Source: an uncultured Candidatus Binatia bacterium (GTDB lineage: Bacteria; Desulfobacterota; Binatia; UBA9968; JAJDTQ01). Taken from it: 64,000 bases of DNA. The stretch lies in contig OZ241976.1 in assembly GCA_965204205.1 (NCBI GenBank), positions 1,838,858 to 1,902,857 on the forward strand, in the 5' to 3' direction. A program made the translations under genes and the position numbers. This document shows, in pieces, positions 35,815-44,071 of the stretch (within the stretch, counting starts at the first letter, position 1; every line of letters starts with the position of its first letter). The notes beneath the pieces are model-generated. The model had not been told where the DNA came from. It was given only the letters and a program-made list of their open reading frames with translations, and made no database searches.

Positions 35815-36876
35815 ATGCGCCAGAACGCCTATCCGGTCATCGACGGCGATGGACACATCATGGAGAACGCCAGCGAGATCATGCCCTTCATGGGCGAGAA
35901 GTACGTGGGCAGCGACGGCCAGCCGGCCTGGGCGCGCATGTACTCGCTGTTCCCGTCGCTGGACGGCTGGACCCGCTTGTCGAACATGAGCTCTTCCGGC
36001 CTCCGGGACTACCCCGACTGCGACATCTGGCTGTCGTTCCTGGACGACTGCGGCATCGACCGCACCGTCGTCTACCCCACCGCCGGCCTGGGGTTCGGAC
36101 TGATCCAGGACCCGGCCTATTCCGTCAACATCGCCCACGCCTACAACACCTGGCTGTACGAGTACTACATGAAGCACACGCCGAGGATCCTGGGCGTCGC
36201 GCTGATCCCGATCCACAGCATCGACGACGCCATCAAGGAGATGCGCCGCGCCAGGCAGGACCTGGGCATGCCGGCGGCGGTGCTGCCCTCGGTGAACTCG
36301 CTGGGCAAGGGATACGGCCATGAGACCTTCTTCCCGATCTACGAGGAGGCCTGCAAGCTGGACATGGCGCTGGCCATCCACGGGGCGCCGAGCCGCGGCC
36401 TGGGCTTCGACTATCTCGACAGCTTCGCCGAGGTCCATGCGCTCGAGCACCCCATTCCCCTGCTGATCCACCTGACCAACATGGTGTTCCAGGGCGTGTA
36501 CGAGCTGTTTCCGGACCTGCGCGTGGCCTACCTGGAAGCGGGGGCAGGCTGGGTACCGTTCATGATGGACCGGATGGACGAGGGCTACGAGCGGCGCGGC
36601 AAGAAATGGGCGCCGCGGCTGAAGCACTCGCCCAGCCAATACATCAAGAGCGGCAGCGTCTACGTCTCCGTCGAGTCGGAGGAGCGTACCCTGCCCTACG
36701 TCATCGAGCTGTTCGGCGAGGACCACATCTTCTTCGCCTCCGATTATCCCCACGAGCGTCCGCGCCAGGAATACCTCAAGGATATCCCGGAGTTGTGCGC
36801 CAGGGAGGACGTATCGGACACGGCCAAACGGAAAATCCTGGCCGACAACGCGAACCGCTTCTACCGGTTGAATTGA
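35815..36876 (+). CDS. Amidohydro_2-family hydrolase/decarboxylase (A10)
   Basis: 353 aa with VIDGDGHIMEN, YLEAGAGWVPF and FASDYPHERP. Confidence 0.85.
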   Translation: MRQNAYPVIDGDGHIMENASEIMPFMGEKYVGSDGQPAWARMYSLFPSLDGWTRLSNMSSSGLRDYPDCDIWLSFLDDCGIDRTVVYPTAGLGFGLIQDPAYSVNIAHAYNTWLYEYYMKHTPRILGVALIPIHSIDDAIKEMRRARQDLGMPAAVLPSVNSLGKGYGHETFFPIYEEACKLDMALAIHGAPSRGLGFDYLDSFAEVHALEHPIPLLIHLTNMVFQGVYELFPDLRVAYLEAGAGWVPFMMDRMDEGYERRGKKWAPRLKHSPSQYIKSGSVYVSVESEERTLPYVIELFGEDHIFFASDYPHERPRQEYLKDIPELCAREDVSDTAKRKILADNANRFYRLN

Positions 36877-36901
36877 CCGGGGCCGGCGAATAACCTATAA
36901 T
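36873..36901 (+). promoter_or_regulatory. Near-consensus sigma70 promoter (TTGACC-17-TATAAT)
   Basis: The -35 TTGACC lies at 36873-36878, overlapping the stop codon of A10. The spacer is exactly 17 nt and the -10 TATAAT lies at 36896-36901, inside an AT-rich patch. It is 53 nt upstream of the ATG at 36954. The leader contains the perfect palindrome CGGAGGCCTCCG (36929-36940). Confidence 0.6.
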
Positions 36902-36953
36902 AGAAACCTTAAAACTTGGTTACTATACCGGAGGCCTCCGCAAGGGAGAGATC

Positions 36954-38126
36954 ATGGCCAAGACATTTCAGCAGTTGATGGACGAGGCGCGCGGCACCGT
37001 CAAGGAGTTGTCACCGCAGCAGGTACACGAGTTGCTGCAGAACAACGGCAACCACGCGCTCCTGGACGTGCGCGAAAAAGAGGAATACCGCGAAGGACAC
37101 CTGGATGGCGCGGTGTCGGTTCCCCGGGGCTTCCTCGAGATGAAGATGGATGCCGAGGTGCCGGACAAGTCGACCCCGATCATCGCCTACTGCGCCGGCG
37201 GCGTGAGGTCGCTTCTCGCCGGCAAGGTCATGCAGGAGATGGGCTACGACGACGTGACCTCCATGTCGGGCGGATACACCGCCTGGAAGAACGAGGGCTA
37301 CGACTTCGTGCAGGACCGGCAGTTCACCCAGGAGCAACTCACCCGCTACAGCCGCCACTTCCTGCTTCCCGAGGTGGGCGAAGAGGGCCAGGCCAAGCTG
37401 CTGGACGCCAGGGTGCTGATGGTGGGGGCCGGCGGCCTGGGCTCGCCGTCCGCCTACTACCTAGCCGCGGCCGGGGTCGGCACCATAGGCATCATCGACC
37501 ACGACGTGGTGGACCTGTCCAACCTGCAGCGCCAGATCCTCCACACCAACGACCGCATCGGCGAGCCCAAGACCGAGTCCGCGCGCAAGACCCTGCAGGG
37601 ACTGAACCCCGACGTCAACGTGATCCCCATTCCCGAGCGGCTGACCTCCGAGAACATCATGGGGATCATCGAGGACTACGACATCGTGGTGGACGGCTGC
37701 GACAACTTCGCCACGCGATACCTGGTGAACGATGCCTGCGTGATGACCGGCAAGCCCAACGTCCACGGCAGCATCTTCCAGTTCGAGGGACAGGTGACGG
37801 TGTTCTACCCGGGCAATGGCCCGTGCTACCGCTGCCTCTACCCCGAGCCGCCTCCCCCGGGCATGGCGCCGAGCTGTGCCGAGGCCGGCGTGCTGGGAGT
37901 CCTTCCCGGGCTCATCGGCACCATCCAGGCGGTGGAGACCATCAAGCTCATCCTCGGCAAGGGCGACTCCCTGGCCGGCCGGCTGCTCCATTTCAATACA
38001 CTGACCATGGAGATCAACACGCTGCGCCTGCGGGAGGATCCCGATTGCCCGATGTGCGGGGAGAAACCCACGATTCACGAGCTCATCGACTACGAGGAGT
38101 TCTGCAATATCCAGGGTGCTGCCTGA
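36954..38126 (+). CDS. Rhodanese-ThiF/MoeB fusion (MoeZ-like adenylyl/sulfurtransferase with N-terminal rhodanese)
   Basis: Residues 1-120 form a rhodanese domain with the active-site loop YCAGGVRS. The rest is ThiF/MoeB: GAGGLGS, CYRC...SCAEAGVLG and CPMCG. Confidence 0.85.
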   Translation: MAKTFQQLMDEARGTVKELSPQQVHELLQNNGNHALLDVREKEEYREGHLDGAVSVPRGFLEMKMDAEVPDKSTPIIAYCAGGVRSLLAGKVMQEMGYDDVTSMSGGYTAWKNEGYDFVQDRQFTQEQLTRYSRHFLLPEVGEEGQAKLLDARVLMVGAGGLGSPSAYYLAAAGVGTIGIIDHDVVDLSNLQRQILHTNDRIGEPKTESARKTLQGLNPDVNVIPIPERLTSENIMGIIEDYDIVVDGCDNFATRYLVNDACVMTGKPNVHGSIFQFEGQVTVFYPGNGPCYRCLYPEPPPPGMAPSCAEAGVLGVLPGLIGTIQAVETIKLILGKGDSLAGRLLHFNTLTMEINTLRLREDPDCPMCGEKPTIHELIDYEEFCNIQGAA

Positions 38127-38162
38127 GGATTCTCTTCCAAGGCCGACTTCCTGAAACAGACC

Positions 38163-38200
38163 GAAAAGGCCATTTCCGCTTCCGCGGCAATGGCCTTTTC
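38163..38200. terminator. Bidirectional intrinsic-terminator-like hairpin between convergent genes
   Basis: The arms GAAAAGGCCATT (38163-38174) and AATGGCCTTTTC (38189-38200) form a perfect 12-bp stem. Each strand ends in a TTTTC run. The hairpin lies 37 nt after the stop at 38126 and 56 nt from the convergent stop at 38256. Confidence 0.6.
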
Positions 38201-38255
38201 GCGTCCTGCACCCTGTTCGTGCCAACGACGCCGAAAGAACCAGCCCTGTTCGTTC

Positions 38256-38975
38256 CTAACGGTAGGGCGTCCGTTGCGGGCGGACCGTGATCTCCACCGG
38301 ACAGGCGGTGGGCGGCGCGGTGAGGACGAAGATCACCGCCTGAGCCACATCCTCGGCCCTGATCATCCTGGTGCGGTCGAGATGCCTTACCGGCGGAATC
38401 ATCTCGGTGTCCACAAAACCGGGGACGATGGCCGCCACCTTGATGTTGTGCTCCCGCACTTCCTCGAACAACGCCTGGCTGAAGGCGATGAGCCCGGCCT
38501 TGGAGGCGGCATAGGCCGCGGAACCGCCCTGCCCCACCCGCCCGGATATCGATGCGATGTTCACGACCGCCCCCGACTCTCGTGCCGTCAGGGTGGGCAG
38601 AACGAGCTGGCTCAGGATCATCGGCGCCAGGAGATTGACGCGGAAGGTCTGTTCCCAATCCGCGACCCTGGCCTTGGCCACCGTGGCCTTGATGCCCCAG
38701 CCGGCGTTGTTGATCAGGAAATCGATGGCGCCGAACCGGTCGAGGGTCTGCCCCACCAGCTCTTCCAGGTCTTCCTGCCCGGACAAATCGGTGGGAAGCG
38801 ATAGAGCCTCTCCGCCGCGCGCTTCTATATCGGCCTGAACCGCGGCGAGCTGGTCCGTACTTCTCGCCGCAAGCACCGTGCGGCAGCCCTCCTCGGCGGC
38901 CCGGAGCGCGATGGCGCGTCCGATGCCCCGGCCCGCGCCGGTGACGATGCAGACCTTGTCCTGGAGGAGCTTCAC
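38256..38975 (-). CDS. Classical SDR oxidoreductase
   Basis: GTG start. VTGAGRGIGRAIA is the TGxxxGxG motif, and NNAG and YAASKAGL (YxxxK) are present. Confidence 0.85.
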   Translation of the reverse strand: MKLLQDKVCIVTGAGRGIGRAIALRAAEEGCRTVLAARSTDQLAAVQADIEARGGEALSLPTDLSGQEDLEELVGQTLDRFGAIDFLINNAGWGIKATVAKARVADWEQTFRVNLLAPMILSQLVLPTLTARESGAVVNIASISGRVGQGGSAAYAASKAGLIAFSQALFEEVREHNIKVAAIVPGFVDTEMIPPVRHLDRTRMIRAEDVAQAVIFVLTAPPTACPVEITVRPQRTPYR

Positions 38976-39388
38976 TGCACGGTGGAATGAGGCTCGGGCT
39001 CGGCCATCATCACGGGCGAGCCATGGTGGTGGATCATGAACCAGCCGTCGTCGCGCTGCTCATAGATGTTGGTGGCGAGCACTACCGCGGCGTTGGTCTG
39101 TCCCTGGAGCCTGGAAGCCAGGTTCTCGTACAGCGTGACCCAGGCCAGACCGCCCCCTAGCCGCACCTGAACGTCGGTGAGCGTAAACCGCATCTGCTCG
39201 GTGTTTTCGAAGATCCGCCGCCAGCTCTCCATGACCGCATCCCAGCCGGACAGCAGCGCCCATCCGGGGTGGACGCACTTGATGTAGTCCTCGCGCAGCC
39301 AGATGCCTTCCATGCGCTTGATGTCGAGACTCTCGAACGCCTCGTAGAAGCGCCGGTTGACGTCCTTCACTGGTTCTTCCGGCGTCAT
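38972..39388 (-). CDS. NTF2/SnoaL-like (DUF4440-type) small protein
   Basis: Trimmed to MTPEEPVKDVNRRFYEAFESLD, with GGAGGA upstream. The size is about 138 aa. A GTGA overlap couples it to the SDR gene. Confidence 0.6.
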   Translation of the reverse strand: MTPEEPVKDVNRRFYEAFESLDIKRMEGIWLREDYIKCVHPGWALLSGWDAVMESWRRIFENTEQMRFTLTDVQVRLGGGLAWVTLYENLASRLQGQTNAAVVLATNIYEQRDDGWFMIHHHGSPVMMAEPEPHSTVQ

Positions 39389-39437
39389 ATGCCCTCTATC
39401 CTCCAACGGCTGCGTTCCGCCGCCGCACCACCCCTGG

Positions 39438-39481
39438 ATTCCGGCCCCGTATCGGGGTACGGGGCAAGCTTTCGCCGGAAT
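39438..39481. repeat. Nested palindrome ATTCCGGC...GCCGGAAT (REP-like, family D)
   Basis: The outer 8-bp arms lie at 39438-39445 and 39474-39481 and enclose CCCCGTA-TCGGGG-TACGGGG. It resembles the ATTCCCGC-TTTC-GCGGGAAT hairpin at 46058-46077. Confidence 0.4.
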
Positions 39482-39572
39482 GGCGATACGGGGCGTCCCT
39501 GCCACTCCGCATCCAACAGCAGTTTTGACGCAGCGTGTTTCGCGGAAATGGCGGATCGCGGCCGCGGGACTC

Positions 39573-39899
39573 TCAATGGCCGGGGCGCGGCGCCATGACC
39601 ACCAGCAGCTTCAGCCGCTCCGGCCCGGGATTTTCCACGCCGTGGGGCTCACCCGACGGCGCCAGCACCACCTCGTCCTTGCCGAGCTCGCGCTCCTCTT
39701 CGCCGACTCGGAACCGCCCCCTGCCCTCCAGGACGAAGTAGACCTTGTCGGAGCCTTCGTGGGCATGCACGCTCTGGGCCTGTCCGGCCTCGAAGCAATA
39801 CAGGTCGCAGAACAGGCGCTCCGTCTCGAAGACGCCGTTCTTCTTCATCTTCTCCGACGAGAACTGCGCGACGTCTGAAACCGTTCTGAATGTTTCCAT
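39573..39899 (-). CDS. Cupin-domain protein
   Basis: The ORF 39573-40583 is trimmed to METFRTVSD, with GGAGG 8 nt upstream. The cupin motifs are VHAHEGSDKVYFVLEG and PSGEPHGVEN. Confidence 0.75.
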   Translation of the reverse strand: METFRTVSDVAQFSSEKMKKNGVFETERLFCDLYCFEAGQAQSVHAHEGSDKVYFVLEGRGRFRVGEEERELGKDEVVLAPSGEPHGVENPGPERLKLLVVMAPRPGH

Positions 39900-39981
39900 G
39901 TGCGAACCTCCAGGTGAACCGTTCATGGTATCACAGGCGGCTTTCCATGCAAAAGTTCCGTCGATCTGGTATTTTCCCGTC

Positions 39982-41220
39982 ATGCGTTCGGCCCTGGTCC
40001 GATACCACGAGATCGCCCTGAAGCGAGGCAACCGCGCCTGGTTCGTCGAGCACCTCAAGAAGAACCTGAGCACGGCCCTGCGTGGAATGGGACTCAGGGA
40101 GATCCGAAACGCCTCGTCCAGGCTGCTCCTCAACTTCAACCACGACGTTCCGCCCGAGGAACTGACCGACCGGCTCGGCCGGGTCTTCGGCATCGCCAAC
40201 TTCTCCCTGGTGGAACGCACCGACGCCGACATGCCGGCGCTGGCCGCGCATGTTCTGGAAGCCCTCCAAGGGCAGTCCTTCGATTCCTTCCGCGTCGAGA
40301 CCCGGCGCGTGGACAAGCGATTCCCGCTCACGTCCAACGACATCAACCGGGAGCTGGGCGCCCTGGTCAAGGCCCGCTCCGGGGCGCGGGTGGACCTCAG
40401 CCGACCCGAGCTGACGGTGTCCGTGGAGATCCTGCCGTCGAACGCCTTCGTAAGCCTGCGGCGGGTGCCGGGACCGGGCGGACTGCCGGTGGGCGCCAGC
40501 GGGCGGCTGGTATCGCTTCTCTCCGGGGGCATCGATTCCCCGGTGGCCTCGTACCGGATGATGCAGCGCGGCTGCCGGCTCATCTTCGTCCACTTTCACA
40601 GCAGCCCGTTTTTGGACCGGTCGTCGCAGGAGAAATCCAAGGCGCTGGTGGAGATGCTGACGCGCTACCAGTTTCTTTCACGGCTCTACCTGGTTCCCTT
40701 CGGCGAGATCCAGCGCCGCATCGTCGCCGCCGTACTGCGCCCCCTCCGGGTCGTCATCTACCGCAGGATGATGCTCCGGATCGCCTCCGTCATCGCCGCC
40801 AAGGAACGCGCCCGGGCGCTGGTGACCGGGGAGAGCCTGGCCCAGGTGGCGTCCCAGACGCTGCCCAACATCGCGGTCATCGAGGAGGCCTCGCGCCTGC
40901 CGGTGCTGCGCCCACTCATCGGCATGGACAAGCAGGAGATCATCGACCAAGCCATGACCATCGGCACCTTCGAGACCTCGGTCCAACCCGATCAGGACTG
41001 TTGCCAGCTCTTCGTGCCTAAACACCCTGCGGTGAAGGCCACCCTGCGGCGGGCGCGGGAGGCCGAGGCGGCGCTCGACATCGAGGAACTGACGAGCCTG
41101 GGCGCGGACCACGCCGAGATCGAACGTTTCCACTATCCCGAGCCTAGGGAAGACAAGCATCCCGTACCGCCCGGCAATGAAGGCAACAGGAACTTGGTAG
41201 GTCGGATGAGCGAAGCGTAA
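39982..41220 (+). CDS. thiI: tRNA 4-thiouridine synthase ThiI (no rhodanese domain)
   Basis: Trimmed to MRSALVRYHEIALKRGNR. A THUMP region is followed by the PP-loop SLLSGGIDSPVA and the conserved DCCQLFVPKHP. The protein is 412 aa with no C-terminal rhodanese domain. The last codons lie inside a REP element. Confidence 0.85.
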   Translation: MRSALVRYHEIALKRGNRAWFVEHLKKNLSTALRGMGLREIRNASSRLLLNFNHDVPPEELTDRLGRVFGIANFSLVERTDADMPALAAHVLEALQGQSFDSFRVETRRVDKRFPLTSNDINRELGALVKARSGARVDLSRPELTVSVEILPSNAFVSLRRVPGPGGLPVGASGRLVSLLSGGIDSPVASYRMMQRGCRLIFVHFHSSPFLDRSSQEKSKALVEMLTRYQFLSRLYLVPFGEIQRRIVAAVLRPLRVVIYRRMMLRIASVIAAKERARALVTGESLAQVASQTLPNIAVIEEASRLPVLRPLIGMDKQEIIDQAMTIGTFETSVQPDQDCCQLFVPKHPAVKATLRRAREAEAALDIEELTSLGADHAEIERFHYPEPREDKHPVPPGNEGNRNLVGRMSEA

Positions 41221-41273
41221 TCCGGCGTGCGACGTGCGGGAGTCGGGTTACGCCTCCGGCTAACCCGACCTAC
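41197..41273. repeat. REPIN-like inverted pair, family C (GTAGGTCGG...)
   Basis: GTAGGTCGGATGAGCGAAGCGTAATCCGGC at 41197-41226 is a degenerate arm that overlaps the thiI stop codon. GTCGGGTTA-N10-TAACCCGAC-CTAC at 41242-41273 has a perfect 9-bp stem. Confidence 0.6.
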
Positions 41274-41301
41274 GAGCCGGCATCACCGAACGGGACAAAA
41301 G

Positions 41302-42714
41302 ATGAGCCAACTCCAATCATTCATTCGCGAGACCTGGCGGAGCAGCATCGTCCCCGCGCTGCAGGAGTACATCGCCATTCCCAACGAGTCTCCGGCGTTT
41401 GACCCCCGGTGGCAGGAGCACGGCCACATGGATCGGGCCGTGGAGCTGTTCTCGCGCTGGGCAACGGAGCAGCGGATTCCGGGACTGGAGCTCCACGTGG
41501 CACGGGCGGAAGGCCGCACGCCGCTATTGCTGATGGAAATACCCGGAGAGGGCCAGGGCACGGTGCTGCTCTACGGCCATCTCGACAAGCAGCCTCCCAT
41601 GGAAGGATGGCGTCCGGAACTCGGGCCGTGGACGCCGGTGCTGAAGGATGGAAAGCTCTACGGGCGCGGCGGCGCGGACGACGGCTACGGCATGTTCGCC
41701 GCCCTGACCGCGATCAAGGCGCTCAAGCTCGAATCCATTCCCTGCGCGCGTTGCGTGGTGCTCATCGAGGGATGCGAAGAGAGCGGCAGCTTCGACCTCC
41801 CCCACTACGTTGACGCGCTGGCCGACCGCATCGGCACGCCGGACTTGGTGGTGTGCCTGGACTCGGGATGCGGCGACTACGAACGGATGTGGGTCACGAC
41901 TTCGTTGCGGGGGGTGATCAACGCCACCCTGTCGGTATCGACGCTGACCGAGGGAGTCCACTCCGGCGCGGCCAGCGGCATCGTACCGTCGAGCTTCCGT
42001 ATCCTCCGGAGCCTGCTGAGCCGCCTCGAGGACGCGGACACCGGGGAGATCCTGCCGCGCGAACTGCACGTGGAGATTCCGCCCGACCGGCTTGCGCAAG
42101 CCAGGGCCGCGGCCGGGGTGCTCGGCGAAGGTGTGCACAAGGAGTATCCCTTCCAACCCGGCGCCACGCCGGCCGGCGAGGACCCCACCGAGCTGGTGCT
42201 GAACCGGACCTGGCGGCCGCAGCTCGAGATCATCGGCGCCGCGGGCCTGCCCGCGCTTGAGCAGGCCGGCAACGTGCTGCGCCCCGAGACCCGGCTCAAG
42301 CTGTCTTTGCGCATCCCTCCTACCGCTGAACCCGACGCCGCGGTAGCCTGTCTCAGGGATACCCTGACCAAGGAACCGCCCTACGGAGCCAAGGTGACCT
42401 TCGAGCCGGGACAGGGCACGGGCGGCTGGAACGCGCCAACATTCGCGTCGTGGTTGGAGGACTCCATGGCCCGGGCGTCCCAGGAGTTCTTCGGCAAGGA
42501 AGCCTGCGCCATCGGCGAGGGCGGCACCATCCCCTTCATGGCCATGCTGGCGGAGAAGTTCCCAAAGGCGCAGTTCATGATCACCGGCGTGCTGGGCCCC
42601 AAATCCAACGCCCACGGCCCCAACGAGTTCCTGCACATCGAAACCGGCATCAACCTCACGGGCTGCGTGGCACGGGTGCTGCAGGACCACTACAGGACCG
42701 CCGACCTGCGATGA
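41302..42714 (+). CDS. M20-family dipeptidase/metallo-hydrolase
   Basis: Trimmed to MSQLQSFIRETW. The metal-ligand motifs are YGHLDKQPP, GRGGADDGYG and EGCEESGS. Confidence 0.8.
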   Translation: MSQLQSFIRETWRSSIVPALQEYIAIPNESPAFDPRWQEHGHMDRAVELFSRWATEQRIPGLELHVARAEGRTPLLLMEIPGEGQGTVLLYGHLDKQPPMEGWRPELGPWTPVLKDGKLYGRGGADDGYGMFAALTAIKALKLESIPCARCVVLIEGCEESGSFDLPHYVDALADRIGTPDLVVCLDSGCGDYERMWVTTSLRGVINATLSVSTLTEGVHSGAASGIVPSSFRILRSLLSRLEDADTGEILPRELHVEIPPDRLAQARAAAGVLGEGVHKEYPFQPGATPAGEDPTELVLNRTWRPQLEIIGAAGLPALEQAGNVLRPETRLKLSLRIPPTAEPDAAVACLRDTLTKEPPYGAKVTFEPGQGTGGWNAPTFASWLEDSMARASQEFFGKEACAIGEGGTIPFMAMLAEKFPKAQFMITGVLGPKSNAHGPNEFLHIETGINLTGCVARVLQDHYRTADLR

Positions 42715-42897
42715 CCTCGACTGCCTCTTGGACGATGCGGAATCCAGTGCCCTGTCCGGTTTAGTCGAAGGACCTTCCCCCTCCACCGCCGTTGACAACC
42801 CGCCGACGGAGAGTCTAAGGTCCCGTCACACTACCTGTTGCAGCCGCTACCGGGAAGCGGGGGCGGTGAGTCATCAAACCAAGGAAGGACCCAACGT

Positions 42898-43962
42898 ATG
42901 CTCGACCGTTCGTTACAGCAACGGATTCTACCGATATTGTGCGGCCTCGCCATGGGAGTCTCCATGTTGGGCGCTTCATCCAGCAGTTCTGCCGCGGATG
43001 ACATGTTCTTCAAGGGCAAGACCATCCGCATCGTGGTGGCATTCTCCGTGGGCGGCGGTTTCGACCTCTATTCGCGCACCATAGGGCGTCACATGGGTCG
43101 CTATATTCCAGGGAATCCGCGGTTCCTGGTACAGAACAGGACCGGGGCAGGAGGCCTCATATCGGCCAACTACGTATATCGAAAGGCCAAACCCGATGGC
43201 CTGACCATAGGGAACTTCCCCGGAAGCCTCTTCTGGGCCAGTCTCTACGGACAAAAGGGAATCCAGTTCGTTTCCAGCAAGTACGAGTTTCTCGGGGTCC
43301 CGGAATCGACCATTTCCGTCTGTGCGTTCACCAAAGCGAGCGGCATCACGGACATCGACAAATGGATGAACTCGCCCAGGCCGGTCAAGTTGTCCGGCAC
43401 GGGTCCGGGCAATTCCACCAACGACGGCCCCAGATTGCTGAACGCCGCACTGGGCCTGCCCATCAAACTGATCGAGGGATACGGCGGCGCGCCCGGCATG
43501 CTCCTGGCCGCCGACAAGGGCGAGGTAGATGGCATCTGTGGACTGAGCTGGACAGCCTTGACCGCCACCTGGGGAGCAAAGTTCAAGTCCGGGGATGCGG
43601 TGCCGGTCCTGCAGATGTCCCCGAAGAAGCATAGCGCCCTTCCGGATGTCCCCCTGGATATCAGCCTTGCCAAGACCGACGAGGCACGGCTGCTCATCAA
43701 GACCGGTATCCATGATCCCGCCGCGCTCACTCGCATCTACGCGCTGCCTCCGGGTACGCCGCCGGAACGCGTGGAAATCCTGCGAACGGCTTTCATGAAG
43801 ACCATGCGCGATCCGCAATTCCTGGCGGATGCCAAGAAGACCCGCCTGTACATCGACCCCTCGCCGGGCACCGAGGTGCTCAAGGTCGTGAAGTCACTGG
43901 ACGCTCTGTCACCCGAGGTGGTCCAGAAGCTGAAGGGCATTCTCTTTCCGAAGAGGAAGTAG
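42898..43962 (+). CDS. Bug/TctC-family tripartite tricarboxylate transporter binding protein (orphan copy 1)
   Basis: Trimmed to MLDRSLQQRILPILCGLAMGVSMLGASSSSSAAD, a signal peptide, with AAGGAAGGA upstream. IRIVVAFSVGGGFDLYSR and NRTGAGGLISANYV are TctC hallmarks. Confidence 0.8.
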   Translation: MLDRSLQQRILPILCGLAMGVSMLGASSSSSAADDMFFKGKTIRIVVAFSVGGGFDLYSRTIGRHMGRYIPGNPRFLVQNRTGAGGLISANYVYRKAKPDGLTIGNFPGSLFWASLYGQKGIQFVSSKYEFLGVPESTISVCAFTKASGITDIDKWMNSPRPVKLSGTGPGNSTNDGPRLLNAALGLPIKLIEGYGGAPGMLLAADKGEVDGICGLSWTALTATWGAKFKSGDAVPVLQMSPKKHSALPDVPLDISLAKTDEARLLIKTGIHDPAALTRIYALPPGTPPERVEILRTAFMKTMRDPQFLADAKKTRLYIDPSPGTEVLKVVKSLDALSPEVVQKLKGILFPKRK

Positions 43963-44071
43963 CCTGGAGAGGGCGCAGGGCATGAACCTGCGCCCTCTCT
44001 CTTTGCGCGGCAGGCCCCGCTGCTTATCGTACCCGACCGGTGGGGCAACCAACCAGGAGGGAGGCCAGGAC

